Shown piece by piece: positions 1 to 8,977 of a DNA stretch of 64,000 bases. Position numbers and translations under genes: made by a program. Each line of letters begins with the position of its first letter. The stretch's first letter is position 1. Below the pieces are notes generated by a model. That model did not search any database. It had not been told where the DNA came from and saw only the letters and a program-made list of their open reading frames with translations. Source of the stretch: an uncultured Pelagibacteraceae bacterium (GTDB taxonomy: Bacteria > Pseudomonadota > Alphaproteobacteria > Pelagibacterales > AG-422-B15); contig CACIQL010000002.1 in assembly GCA_902588785.1 (NCBI GenBank), forward strand, positions 57,087 to 121,086, given 5' to 3'.

Positions 1-1685
1 TTGGACCCAATCCTAATGCTATAAAAAAAATGGGAGACAAAATTGAGTCTAAAAATCTTGCAATAAAACTTAAATTAAACGTAATACCCGGTCATACCGC
101 TCCGGTAAAAAACTCAAAAGAAGCATTAAAAATCTCAAATAAAATTGGATACCCGGTCTTGTTAAAAGCATCAGCTGGAGGTGGCGGTAAAGGAATGAGA
201 ATAGTAAGAAAAAATAGTGAATTAGAAGAAAATTTTAATGCTGCAAAGAGTGAGTCAAAGAAAAGCTTTGGGGATGATCGTGTGTTTATTGAAAAATATA
301 TAGAGCAACCAAGACATATTGAGATACAAATTCTTTGTGACAAACATGGAAATCAAGTTCATTTAGGTGAGAGAGAATGCTCAATTCAAAGGAGATATCA
401 AAAAGTTATTGAGGAGTGCCCGTCGCCATTTGTAGATGAAGAAATGAGAAATGAAATGGCTGCACAAGCTTTAACTCTTGCAAAGGAAGTTAAATACGAT
501 TCAGCGGGGACCGTAGAATTTGTAGTAGATGCTAACAAAAATTTTTATTTTCTCGAGATGAACACAAGACTTCAAGTTGAACATCCTGTTTCTGAGCTTG
601 TTACAGGCGTAGATTTGGTTGAACAAATGATTTATTGCGCGGATAATAAAAAGTTAAATATATCACAAAAAGATATTAACCTTAAAGGCTGGTCAGTTGA
701 GTCTCGTATTTATGCCGAAGACCCAACTAAAGATTTTTTACCTTCAATTGGTAGAGTGACTGAATACATAGAGCCATCAAAAATCGAGGATAAAGATCAA
801 ATTATCAGAAATGATACAGGAATAAATCCTGGATCTGAAGTTTCTTTATTTTATGATCCTATGATATCAAAGCTAGCGGTTCATAGTAAGGATAGAGCAA
901 CTGCTGTAGACTTAATGATCAATTCACTGCAAAATTATTACTTATCAGGAGTTGAAAATAATATTGAATTTCTGATTTCTATTTTAGATGACAAAAAATT
1001 TAGAAATGGCAATTTAAGCACAAATTTCATCAAAGAAAAATTCCCTAAGGGTTACTATTCTAATCATAATTTAAGTGAATATAAGAAACACAGAATTGCA
1101 ATTTTTGCCCAGGTTTTATTTATATTCCAATTACAAAAAAAGATATTAACTTCAAATGATTTTGTAATAAAGGTAGGAGAAGATTTTCTTAACCTCAAAG
1201 TTACAGAGTCTAAGTTTGAAAAAGAAAGATTTTATGGCACCTTTAAAATAGAAAAAAAAGAGTATGAGATTAAAACATCTATAAAGCTAAACGAGAGGTT
1301 ATGTCAGGTAAGTATAAATCAGCACATAGAGTATTTTAAATTAAATAAACTTGTAAACCTTAACTCTTCGGATGTCAGTTACTATGATTGTAGATGTCAG
1401 ACCATAGTTGTAAGTAAGCAACATGAAACTTATATACGGCTTATGCCAAAAATAAAATTAGAAGATTTATCAAAAAAATTAATTTCTCCAATGCCTGGCC
1501 TAATCAAGTCAATAGACGTATCTGAAGGACAAAAAGTCAAAAGTGGAGATCAATTGCTAATCATTGAAGCAATGAAAATGGAAAATATTTTAAAAAGTGA
1601 AAAAGACTGCGTAATTGATAAAGTTCTAATAAAGCCAGGTGATAGCGTGGGCGCTGATGAGGAGCTTATTCTATTTTCTAAATAG
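1..1685 (+). CDS. Biotin-dependent acyl-CoA carboxylase alpha subunit (biotin carboxylase plus C-terminal biotinyl domain; PccA/MccA type). The 5' end lies outside the window.
   Basis: The ORF stays open to the window edge (frame from nt 3: GPNPNAIKKMGDKIESK). ATP-grasp glycine loop KASAGGGGKGMR, EMNTRLQVEHP, and biotinylation motif EAMKMEN near the C-terminus. Confidence 0.9.
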   Translation, partial: GPNPNAIKKMGDKIESKNLAIKLKLNVIPGHTAPVKNSKEALKISNKIGYPVLLKASAGGGGKGMRIVRKNSELEENFNAAKSESKKSFGDDRVFIEKYIEQPRHIEIQILCDKHGNQVHLGERECSIQRRYQKVIEECPSPFVDEEMRNEMAAQALTLAKEVKYDSAGTVEFVVDANKNFYFLEMNTRLQVEHPVSELVTGVDLVEQMIYCADNKKLNISQKDINLKGWSVESRIYAEDPTKDFLPSIGRVTEYIEPSKIEDKDQIIRNDTGINPGSEVSLFYDPMISKLAVHSKDRATAVDLMINSLQNYYLSGVENNIEFLISILDDKKFRNGNLSTNFIKEKFPKGYYSNHNLSEYKKHRIAIFAQVLFIFQLQKKILTSNDFVIKVGEDFLNLKVTESKFEKERFYGTFKIEKKEYEIKTSIKLNERLCQVSINQHIEYFKLNKLVNLNSSDVSYYDCRCQTIVVSKQHETYIRLMPKIKLEDLSKKLISPMPGLIKSIDVSEGQKVKSGDQLLIIEAMKMENILKSEKDCVIDKVLIKPGDSVGADEELILFSK

Positions 1686-2763
1686 CCAAAGTTTTTAATT
1701 TGCTCTGAAAAATATCTCTATCCATGTAGCCTTGTCTAAAGTAGCGACGATTTTTAGTATCTCTATATGCACCCCTTCCATGCAATACACGATAATTATC
1801 TAAAATTAACATGTCACCTGGTCGTTGTTTAATGCGAATATTATTTTTTTTATTCTTAATTAAATCCCATAACTTTCTTCTTGCATTAATATAGTCGTCT
1901 ATTTTTTTATTTTTATCGAATGGAATTAATTCAGTTCTATTGTTGTACCTTACTTGTATTACATTATTCATATCATCTAACTCGATCAGCTTACATTTAT
2001 TTTCTAACCAGGCATTTTCATCTTTATATCTAAAAAAGGTATTGAAAGTTGTAAGCGTATTAAAGAATTGCTTATGTCTATCTCGCAAAATTTTTGCAAC
2101 ATTAAAACCATCAACTATTGTATTTTCTCCACCTATTGAAGCGTTTTCTATGCAATGTAAAAAAATATAACCTTGTGTAGGGAAGCGATATGGATTATCA
2201 GTATGGTTCTCGAGTGCTCTTGTTGTCATAGTTAAGTCATAGGCTTTTTTTATGTTTTTAACATCAGCAATACCACCCCAATTTGTTTTTTTAACTGGCC
2301 CAATAAGTTTCATAAGTTCATTTAAACCATTCTTAGTTTTTGGTATATTTCTGACTAAACAAAAACCAAATGTTTCAACAGATAATAAAATATCAGATAA
2401 CATTTTTTCATTTATTAGCAGAAAGTTATATTTTGGAATTTTAATACTTTCTTTATCCCATAAACATTTTTTGGACTTGAATTCTTCAGATTCTAGTTGA
2501 TTGTAGAGATAGTCAAATTGATACGAATGTTTTGAATTATCTGAAAATTGAATTTGTAAAACATTTTTGTTTATTTTGGCTGATTTAACGTATAAATGTT
2601 CATCTATCTCCGCCGCTTCTATTAATAGTTGATTAGTATAATTATCTCTTATCTCGCTGTTCGTGCTATGCTCATAAAGCCAGTGAGCATTTACTTCATA
2701 GTTCTTATTTTTATTTTTGAGATTGATAGTTTTTTTATTATTTTTTACAGAAGTAAAGTTCAT
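1678..2763 (-). CDS. Fe(II)/2-oxoglutarate dioxygenase, gamma-butyrobetaine hydroxylase / TauD-TfdA family
   Basis: 361 aa. H-x-D in ENHTDNPYRF and a distal His in NYRVLHGRG give the facial triad. The N-terminal extension resembles those of BBOX/TMLH-type enzymes. Confidence 0.75.
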   Translation of the reverse strand: MNFTSVKNNKKTINLKNKNKNYEVNAHWLYEHSTNSEIRDNYTNQLLIEAAEIDEHLYVKSAKINKNVLQIQFSDNSKHSYQFDYLYNQLESEEFKSKKCLWDKESIKIPKYNFLLINEKMLSDILLSVETFGFCLVRNIPKTKNGLNELMKLIGPVKKTNWGGIADVKNIKKAYDLTMTTRALENHTDNPYRFPTQGYIFLHCIENASIGGENTIVDGFNVAKILRDRHKQFFNTLTTFNTFFRYKDENAWLENKCKLIELDDMNNVIQVRYNNRTELIPFDKNKKIDDYINARRKLWDLIKNKKNNIRIKQRPGDMLILDNYRVLHGRGAYRDTKNRRYFRQGYMDRDIFQSKLKTLAI

Positions 2764-2764
2764 T

Positions 2765-3385
2765 TTAATTAAAATATTTAACTAGAGTTTTTTCAATTGT
2801 TTTATCAATTTCCTTACTCTTTATATTATAACCTAAATCTGAAAAACTAGTGACAAATTTGCTACTCATTCCGCATGGCTTGATACCTTCGTAGTGACTT
2901 AAATCTGGATTTATATTTATTGAAAAACCATGGTAAGTAACCCATTTTTTTACCTTTAGACCGATACTGGCAATTTTATAGAGTTGACCATTATTCTTTT
3001 TAACGAACACTCCATGATGATCAGGTATTGCTTCTGCAACAATGTGAAAATTACTTAAAATTTCTATGATCAATTTTTCAAGTTGGTTTACAAAAAACTT
3101 AATGTCTTTTTTTCTATTATTTAAATTGATCATAAGGTAGACAACTCTTTGTCCAGGGCCATGATAAGTATATTTTCCTCCCCGATTAGTCTTAATTACA
3201 GGTATTTTATTATTATTAAGAAGGTCACTTTTATGATCAGTAGATCCTGATGTATATATCGCTGGATGACTTAAGAGCCAAGCAAGTTCGTCATTCTGGT
3301 TTTTAATTATTTCATTCACTCTATTTTCCATATATTTAAGACTTTTTAAGTAGTCTTGAGCTGAATTATCGATCTTAATTTCCAT
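2765..3385 (-). CDS. lipB: Octanoyl-(ACP):protein N-octanoyltransferase
   Basis: 206 aa. LipB signature NRGGKYTYHGPGQRVVY. 1-nt gap to the downstream gene. Confidence 0.9.
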   Translation of the reverse strand: MEIKIDNSAQDYLKSLKYMENRVNEIIKNQNDELAWLLSHPAIYTSGSTDHKSDLLNNNKIPVIKTNRGGKYTYHGPGQRVVYLMINLNNRKKDIKFFVNQLEKLIIEILSNFHIVAEAIPDHHGVFVKKNNGQLYKIASIGLKVKKWVTYHGFSININPDLSHYEGIKPCGMSSKFVTSFSDLGYNIKSKEIDKTIEKTLVKYFN

Positions 3386-3428
3386 GTTTTTCTGGATAAT
3401 AACCTAAATTGATGTACATGTTTTTATT

Positions 3429-4805
3429 ATGAATAATATTGTAAATGAACCTCCTCAAAATGAGAATATTACATTTAATAATCAATTAATTAATGATGTA
3501 ATAAATTTTTGCAATAACAAAGAAAAAGATAAACTAACCAATATTATTTCTCCTCTTCATCCAGCAGATTTGGCCGATCTCTTTACTTTTCTTAGTAAAG
3601 AGCAACGATCTTACATTCTTAATAATCTTAGTGAAGACCGCTATACAGATGTTCTTGCTGAGCTAGATGACACTATTATTGATGAAACAGTTCAAGAATT
3701 AGAGGATACTAAAGTAGTTCGCTCCATTAGTGAGATGGAGACAGATGATGCAATTAACCTCATTGAGTCTTTAGAGCCAGCAGCTCAAAAGAAAATTTTA
3801 GACCAAGTAAACCCTACAGAGAGAGAAATTTTACAAGAAAGTCTTAATTACCCTGAAGATACCGCTGGAAGAAGAATGCAAAAAGAATTTGTTTCTATGC
3901 CAGGCTTTTGGACAGTAGGGCAGGCCATTGATCATTTAAGAGAACAAATTGACTTACCTGATGAATTCTATGAACTTTTTATTGTTGACCCGAGCAATAA
4001 ACCGTTGGGTAGCGCTTCAGTTTCTAAAGTTCTGAAGTCACATAGAGATACAAAATTAAATGAAATTTTAGAAGAAAACCCAAAATTTGTTAAGGCATCT
4101 ATGGATCAAGAAGAAGTAGCACTTTTCTTTGAGCAATACTCTTTGGTATCAGCTGGGGTTGTTGATGATCAAAATAGATTAATTGGAAGAATTACGGCAG
4201 ATGATATTGTGTGGGTTGTTCAAGAAGAAGCAGAAGAAGACATTTTGAGGTTGGGTGGTGTTTCAGAAAGTGAGATGAACCAATCCATTGGAAGATCAAC
4301 AAAGCGACGATTTATATGGTTATTTCTAAATTTATTAACTGCAATCCTTGCATCTTATGTAATAAGTCTGTTTGATGCCAGTATTGAGAAGATGGTAGCA
4401 TTGGCGATTTTAATGCCAATTGTTGCATCAATGGGTGGCAATGCAGGAACACAAACGTTGACACTAACCGTGAGAGCTATCGCAACTAAAGAATTAGTTG
4501 ATAATAATAGACGAAAAGTATTTTTTAAAGAAATTGCGATATCAGTATTAAATGGAATATTATTTGCAATTATAACAGGGTTTGCTGCTTGGATTTGGTT
4601 TTCTGATCTTAGTTTATCTATAATTGTTGGAGCAGCAATGGTAATAAATATTTTATCTGCGGGTTTGTTTGGTTTCCTAATTCCATATACTTTTAATAAA
4701 GTTAAGATTGATCCCGCTTTGGCATCAAGTGTATTTGTAACAACAATAACTGATGTATTTGGATTTTTATCTTTTCTAGGGCTCGCCTCAATTTATTTAT
4801 TTTAG
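3429..4805 (+). CDS. mgtE: Magnesium transporter MgtE
   Basis: 458 aa. N-terminal MgtE-N region, CBS pair, and a C-terminal TM domain with MGGNAGTQ. Confidence 0.9.
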   Translation: MNNIVNEPPQNENITFNNQLINDVINFCNNKEKDKLTNIISPLHPADLADLFTFLSKEQRSYILNNLSEDRYTDVLAELDDTIIDETVQELEDTKVVRSISEMETDDAINLIESLEPAAQKKILDQVNPTEREILQESLNYPEDTAGRRMQKEFVSMPGFWTVGQAIDHLREQIDLPDEFYELFIVDPSNKPLGSASVSKVLKSHRDTKLNEILEENPKFVKASMDQEEVALFFEQYSLVSAGVVDDQNRLIGRITADDIVWVVQEEAEEDILRLGGVSESEMNQSIGRSTKRRFIWLFLNLLTAILASYVISLFDASIEKMVALAILMPIVASMGGNAGTQTLTLTVRAIATKELVDNNRRKVFFKEIAISVLNGILFAIITGFAAWIWFSDLSLSIIVGAAMVINILSAGLFGFLIPYTFNKVKIDPALASSVFVTTITDVFGFLSFLGLASIYLF

Positions 4806-5635
4806 ATTTTTATATTGTCAATTAATCGAGTATTTCCTATTTTAGCCGCAATAAATATTCTTGATTTATCATTTATTTTTTTTCGAACAGAGAGATCATC
4901 ATTTAATACAGTCAGATAATCAATTTTATCAACACCATGATCTATCAGGACTTTTTTTGTGTGATTAAGTATTTTATTAATCTTTAACTTAGTTCTAATC
5001 AACGGAGGTAATTTTTTTAGTAATTTGTTGATTTTAATAGCAATTTTAAATTCCTGATCACTTAAATAGTTATTTCTTGATGAAAGTGGAAGTCCATTTG
5101 TATCCCTAACAGTTTTAACGCATATTATCCTTGTATTTAATTTTAATGACTCAGTCATTTTTTTAATTACCAAATATTGTTGATAATCTTTTTCACCAAA
5201 AAAAGCCGCATCTGGTTTCACTATATCAAAAAGTTTAAGTACAATATTTTTTACACCTGGAAAGTAATTTGGTCTTGATTTACCACATAGTCGTTTCTCA
5301 ATTTCAAACTGTGGACAATTATATTTTGTTTTATGGGAGAGAATTTGTTTTTGTATTGGAGTGAAGGCAATATCAGCACCGTATTTTTTTAAAACTTTAA
5401 GATCATTTTTGAGCGTCCTTGGGTAATCTTTATAATCTTCTTTTGGTCCAAATTGTGTAGGGTTAACAAAAATACTAACTACAACAATTGATTTAGGTTT
5501 TTTTGACTCCTTTACTAATTTTAAATGTCCTGCATGTAGAGCTCCCATTGTGGGTGTTAAGTGAATTTTAAAACCATCACTTCTATATCGATCTAGGATT
5601 CTATTAAGATATTTTATACTTTTAACTAATTTCAT
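4802..5635 (-). CDS. panC: Pantoate--beta-alanine ligase
   Basis: PTMGALHAGH (HIGH-type) motif. The start is placed at the internal Met (MKLVKSIKYL), which gives the usual ~27 aa before PTMG. The longest ORF reaches 5668. Confidence 0.88.
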   Translation of the reverse strand: MKLVKSIKYLNRILDRYRSDGFKIHLTPTMGALHAGHLKLVKESKKPKSIVVVSIFVNPTQFGPKEDYKDYPRTLKNDLKVLKKYGADIAFTPIQKQILSHKTKYNCPQFEIEKRLCGKSRPNYFPGVKNIVLKLFDIVKPDAAFFGEKDYQQYLVIKKMTESLKLNTRIICVKTVRDTNGLPLSSRNNYLSDQEFKIAIKINKLLKKLPPLIRTKLKINKILNHTKKVLIDHGVDKIDYLTVLNDDLSVRKKINDKSRIFIAAKIGNTRLIDNIKI

Positions 5636-6308
5636 TATGTATATCTTCAAAAATAATATTATCTGCAAACTGCTTTGACAAATTATACTTTTCCGTACTA
5701 TTAATTGTCCAAGTTAATAGTGGAATATTTTTCTTCCTTATACTTTGAATATTTCTCATACTTATTTTTTCTACATCAACCGCTAAAAAATTAATGCCGA
5801 GATGAGAAATCTCTTTAAAATGGATGTTATCATTACTAGTTATTAGGCCTGTTTTATAAAATGGAGCATTGATTTTAAACCATTCACACATTTTATAATC
5901 AAATGACTGCAAAGCAATTTCCCCATTATAAGCTCGAATTATTTCGATTAACCTTTCTTCAATTTCAGGATTAAAACCAGATTTTATTTCAATTAAAATA
6001 GGTGTTTGGCCATCTACTAAATGTAGCATCTCATCAAGTGATGGTATTTTACATTCTGTGTCTAAAAGCTTTAGTTTTCTTATTTCGTTTGTACTTAGAT
6101 CATTGATATTAGAATTTATTCCACACATCCTTTTTAAATCGTAATCATGAAATACTATAATTTCTTTATCCTTAGATAAGACAATATCACATTCTATTGC
6201 AAGGTTGTGTTCCATTGCATTTTCAAATGCTTCCAAAGAATTTTCAATGATTAATTTTTTATCATGAAGCCCTCTATGGGCAATCGGACGATCAAGAAAA
6301 GGTTTCAT
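5622..6308 (-). CDS. Glycerophosphodiester phosphodiesterase family protein
   Basis: 228 aa. GDPD motifs IAHRGLH, ECD, VFHDYDL, IEIK. Confidence 0.8.
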   Translation of the reverse strand: MKPFLDRPIAHRGLHDKKLIIENSLEAFENAMEHNLAIECDIVLSKDKEIIVFHDYDLKRMCGINSNINDLSTNEIRKLKLLDTECKIPSLDEMLHLVDGQTPILIEIKSGFNPEIEERLIEIIRAYNGEIALQSFDYKMCEWFKINAPFYKTGLITSNDNIHFKEISHLGINFLAVDVEKISMRNIQSIRKKNIPLLTWTINSTEKYNLSKQFADNIIFEDIHNEIS

Positions 6309-6772
6309 TATTTCAGAATTTCAAATATTGATGCAACTTCAACACTAGCATTTTTTGGAAGAGAGTTTGCTCCCACCGCAATTCTTGAATGCCTTCCTTT
6401 TTCCCCCATAATTTCACAAACAACATCTGATGCACCATTGATAACTAAGGGATGGTCAGAAAATGAATGATCAGCATTTACGTAACCAGCAACATGAATA
6501 CAATTAAAATCACTAAGTTCACATGAAGGGTTTAGTTGATCTAATATAGACAAAGTATTAAGCATACATATGCGTGATCCATATGATGCTTCTTTAATAT
6601 CAGTTTCTGATGGAACTTTGCCAGTTATAATTTTTTCATCTTTTATAGGAAGTTGCCCTGATACATAAACTAAGTTGCCTATTTTTTTAAAAGGCAAATA
6701 ATTACCAAGAGTTACAAGCTTAAATTGCTTATAATCTTTTTCTACTTCGAGTATTTTATCCGCTAACTTCAT
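6308..6772 (-). CDS. RidA/YjgF/TdcF-family (reactive intermediate deaminase-like) protein
   Basis: YjgF-like sequence (VYVSGQLP..., C-terminal ASVEVA). The start is moved to the internal Met MKLADK; the upstream 29 codons overlap the HAD gene. Confidence 0.7.
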   Translation of the reverse strand: MKLADKILEVEKDYKQFKLVTLGNYLPFKKIGNLVYVSGQLPIKDEKIITGKVPSETDIKEASYGSRICMLNTLSILDQLNPSCELSDFNCIHVAGYVNADHSFSDHPLVINGASDVVCEIMGEKGRHSRIAVGANSLPKNASVEVASIFEILK

Positions 6773-7421
6773 TAATAAGAAAATTATATATATCTTTCCA
6801 ACTATATGCACGAAAATCCGCCTCCTTCGGTGAAACTGCAAGTTTAGATAATCGTTCATCAGATATGTAATGAATAGTTTTAGATCTTGATACTTCTTCT
6901 TTTACGGAGGATATGTGGGGAGCTAAATCATCTATAAAAAAAACTTTTTCATTAAAGTCTCTAATTAATTCTTTAATTACCAGCCCTTTTGGTCCGTTTC
7001 CGGCAATTATTTGAAGATTAAGACCATTCTTTTGAAAACAATGCTTTCTATCATCCAAATATTTGAATGGAATATTAGTCAGCACTAAAATTTGAAAATT
7101 AGCGTCCAAAAGTTTATTGATAAAGTGTATTGACCCTTCGACAAAAGTTATATCTTTTGATTCTGTTCGAAAAAAATCGTCTAAATATTCAAGTATAACT
7201 TCATTAGACACAACTTCATCAGTTCCTTTTTGTTTTATATTTCCAAAAAGAGCGTATGAAGTTAGGTCATACCAAAATCCTTTATTTTCTAAATATATTT
7301 CAAAGCATTTTACGAAATTTAATAAGACTTCATCAGCATCAGTTATAAGCAGTGGTTTATTCTTTAAAAGGGTAGCTTTGTTTATTTGCTTTTGAAGGCC
7401 ATCAGATAGCTTATGTGACAC
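6756..7421 (-). CDS. HAD-superfamily hydrolase (putative phosphatase)
   Basis: 221 aa. HAD motif I LITDADEVL (DxDxV), motif II VLTN, motif IV FFIDD. Confidence 0.6.
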   Translation of the reverse strand: MSHKLSDGLQKQINKATLLKNKPLLITDADEVLLNFVKCFEIYLENKGFWYDLTSYALFGNIKQKGTDEVVSNEVILEYLDDFFRTESKDITFVEGSIHFINKLLDANFQILVLTNIPFKYLDDRKHCFQKNGLNLQIIAGNGPKGLVIKELIRDFNEKVFFIDDLAPHISSVKEEVSRSKTIHYISDERLSKLAVSPKEADFRAYSWKDIYNFLINEVSG

Positions 7422-7424
7422 TAA

Positions 7425-8915
7425 TTACTTAACTTCTATCAATGTAAGTTTTGTTTGAGTATATTGGCCAAGAGCTTCCAGAGATTTGTCTCTTCCAGAA
7501 CCTGACTGCTTGTATCCACCGTGAGGTAAAGACATATCTCCATCGCTCAAACTATTTATCAGAACTTTCCCACTTTTAATTCTTTTTGCAAGCTTGTGTA
7601 CTTTATTTAAATCATTAGACCATATCATTGCATTAAGTCCATAATGAGTATCATTTGCTATTTGAAGAGCTTCATCTTCATTTTCAAAATCTATGGCACA
7701 TAATACTGGTCCAAAAATTTCCTCTTTAGCAACAGTCATTGAATTTTGAACATCTTTAAAGACCGTAGGACTGACATAGTAGCCACCTGAATCTTGAAGC
7801 ACCTGATCACCACCAGTTATAACATTTGCACCTTCAGATTTACCTTTATCTATATAATTCATGATTCTTTCAGTTTGGGTTTTATCGACTATTGAGCCCA
7901 TTAAAGTGTTTGGATCAAACGGGTTACCTGGCATCCAAGGTTGAGAGTAGCTTACGACTTTTTCTAAAAATTCGTCTTTTATCGATTTTTGAAGTAGCAA
8001 CCTTGAGGGCGCATCACATACCTGACCACTGTTTCCAAACATACCATCAGCTGCCATTTTCGCAGCGTGATCTAAATCAGGCGCATCTGCAAATATTATA
8101 TTTGGAGACTTTCCTCCACACTCCAGTGAAACCCTTTTCATGTTGGACTCACCTGCGTAAGATAAAAAATATCTTCCAACTTCAGTAGATCCAGTAAATC
8201 CAAGTTTATCAACATCCATGTGAGTCCCTAATGCTTTTCCTGCAGTAGGACCATAACCTGGTACTACATTGAAGACTCCTTCTGGAATACCAGCCTCCAT
8301 TGCAAGTTCGGCAACTCTTAATGCAGATAAAGGCGATTGTTCTGCAGGCTTTAAAATAAAACTATTCCCAGTTGCTAATGCAGGAGCAAATTTCCAACAA
8401 GCCATTAACAAAGGAAAATTCCAAGGAGTTACTGCTCCAACTACACCTAGAGGTTCTTTTGTGATAGTGGCAATCAAATTATCACTTGTTGGTGCTACAT
8501 CATCATAGAGTTTATCAATTGCCTCAGCATACCATTTTGTACAATTAATACATGCCGCTATATCACCTGTTGCTCTAGTTATAGGCTTACCCATGTTTAA
8601 GGTTTCTAGCAAGCCAAGCTCTAAAATATTTTTTTTCATTAAGTCAGCGAAATTAAAGAGAATTTTTTTTCTTTTTGAAGGAGCCATTCTAGACCATGAC
8701 CCTTTTTCAAATACATCGCGCGCAGCTTTGACAGCTATGTTTATGTCTTCAACGTCACATTCTGAAACGCTAGTTATTATTGATCCATCAACAGGGCTAA
8801 TGCTCTCAAACGTTTTACCTGTTACTGAATTTATATAGTTTCCATTAATAAAAGCCTGATTTTTAAAATCCAGAGATGATTTTTTTTCCATCACATCGTT
8901 TAGAGCGAGAGCCAT
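7425..8915 (-). CDS. NAD(P)-dependent aldehyde dehydrogenase (PuuC / aminoaldehyde dehydrogenase-like)
   Basis: 496 aa. ALDH motifs VTPWNFP, LECGGKSP, catalytic Cys in GQVCDAPSR, EEIFGPV. Confidence 0.9.
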   Translation of the reverse strand: MALALNDVMEKKSSLDFKNQAFINGNYINSVTGKTFESISPVDGSIITSVSECDVEDINIAVKAARDVFEKGSWSRMAPSKRKKILFNFADLMKKNILELGLLETLNMGKPITRATGDIAACINCTKWYAEAIDKLYDDVAPTSDNLIATITKEPLGVVGAVTPWNFPLLMACWKFAPALATGNSFILKPAEQSPLSALRVAELAMEAGIPEGVFNVVPGYGPTAGKALGTHMDVDKLGFTGSTEVGRYFLSYAGESNMKRVSLECGGKSPNIIFADAPDLDHAAKMAADGMFGNSGQVCDAPSRLLLQKSIKDEFLEKVVSYSQPWMPGNPFDPNTLMGSIVDKTQTERIMNYIDKGKSEGANVITGGDQVLQDSGGYYVSPTVFKDVQNSMTVAKEEIFGPVLCAIDFENEDEALQIANDTHYGLNAMIWSNDLNKVHKLAKRIKSGKVLINSLSDGDMSLPHGGYKQSGSGRDKSLEALGQYTQTKLTLIEVK

Positions 8916-8977
8916 AGTTAACCTTTCAACTTGTTAATAAATTAATTTTTGTAAAGATTATAAAGATACAGGTTTTT

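Noticed and set aside
6773-6859. N-terminal extensions of the longest ORFs for RidA (6773-6859), the DUF4149-like protein (55978-56055) and chorismate mutase (46160-46246).
   Set aside because: Each extension overlaps the upstream gene substantially and adds non-homologous sequence. Internal Met codons give canonical protein lengths and short or ATGA-type overlaps.
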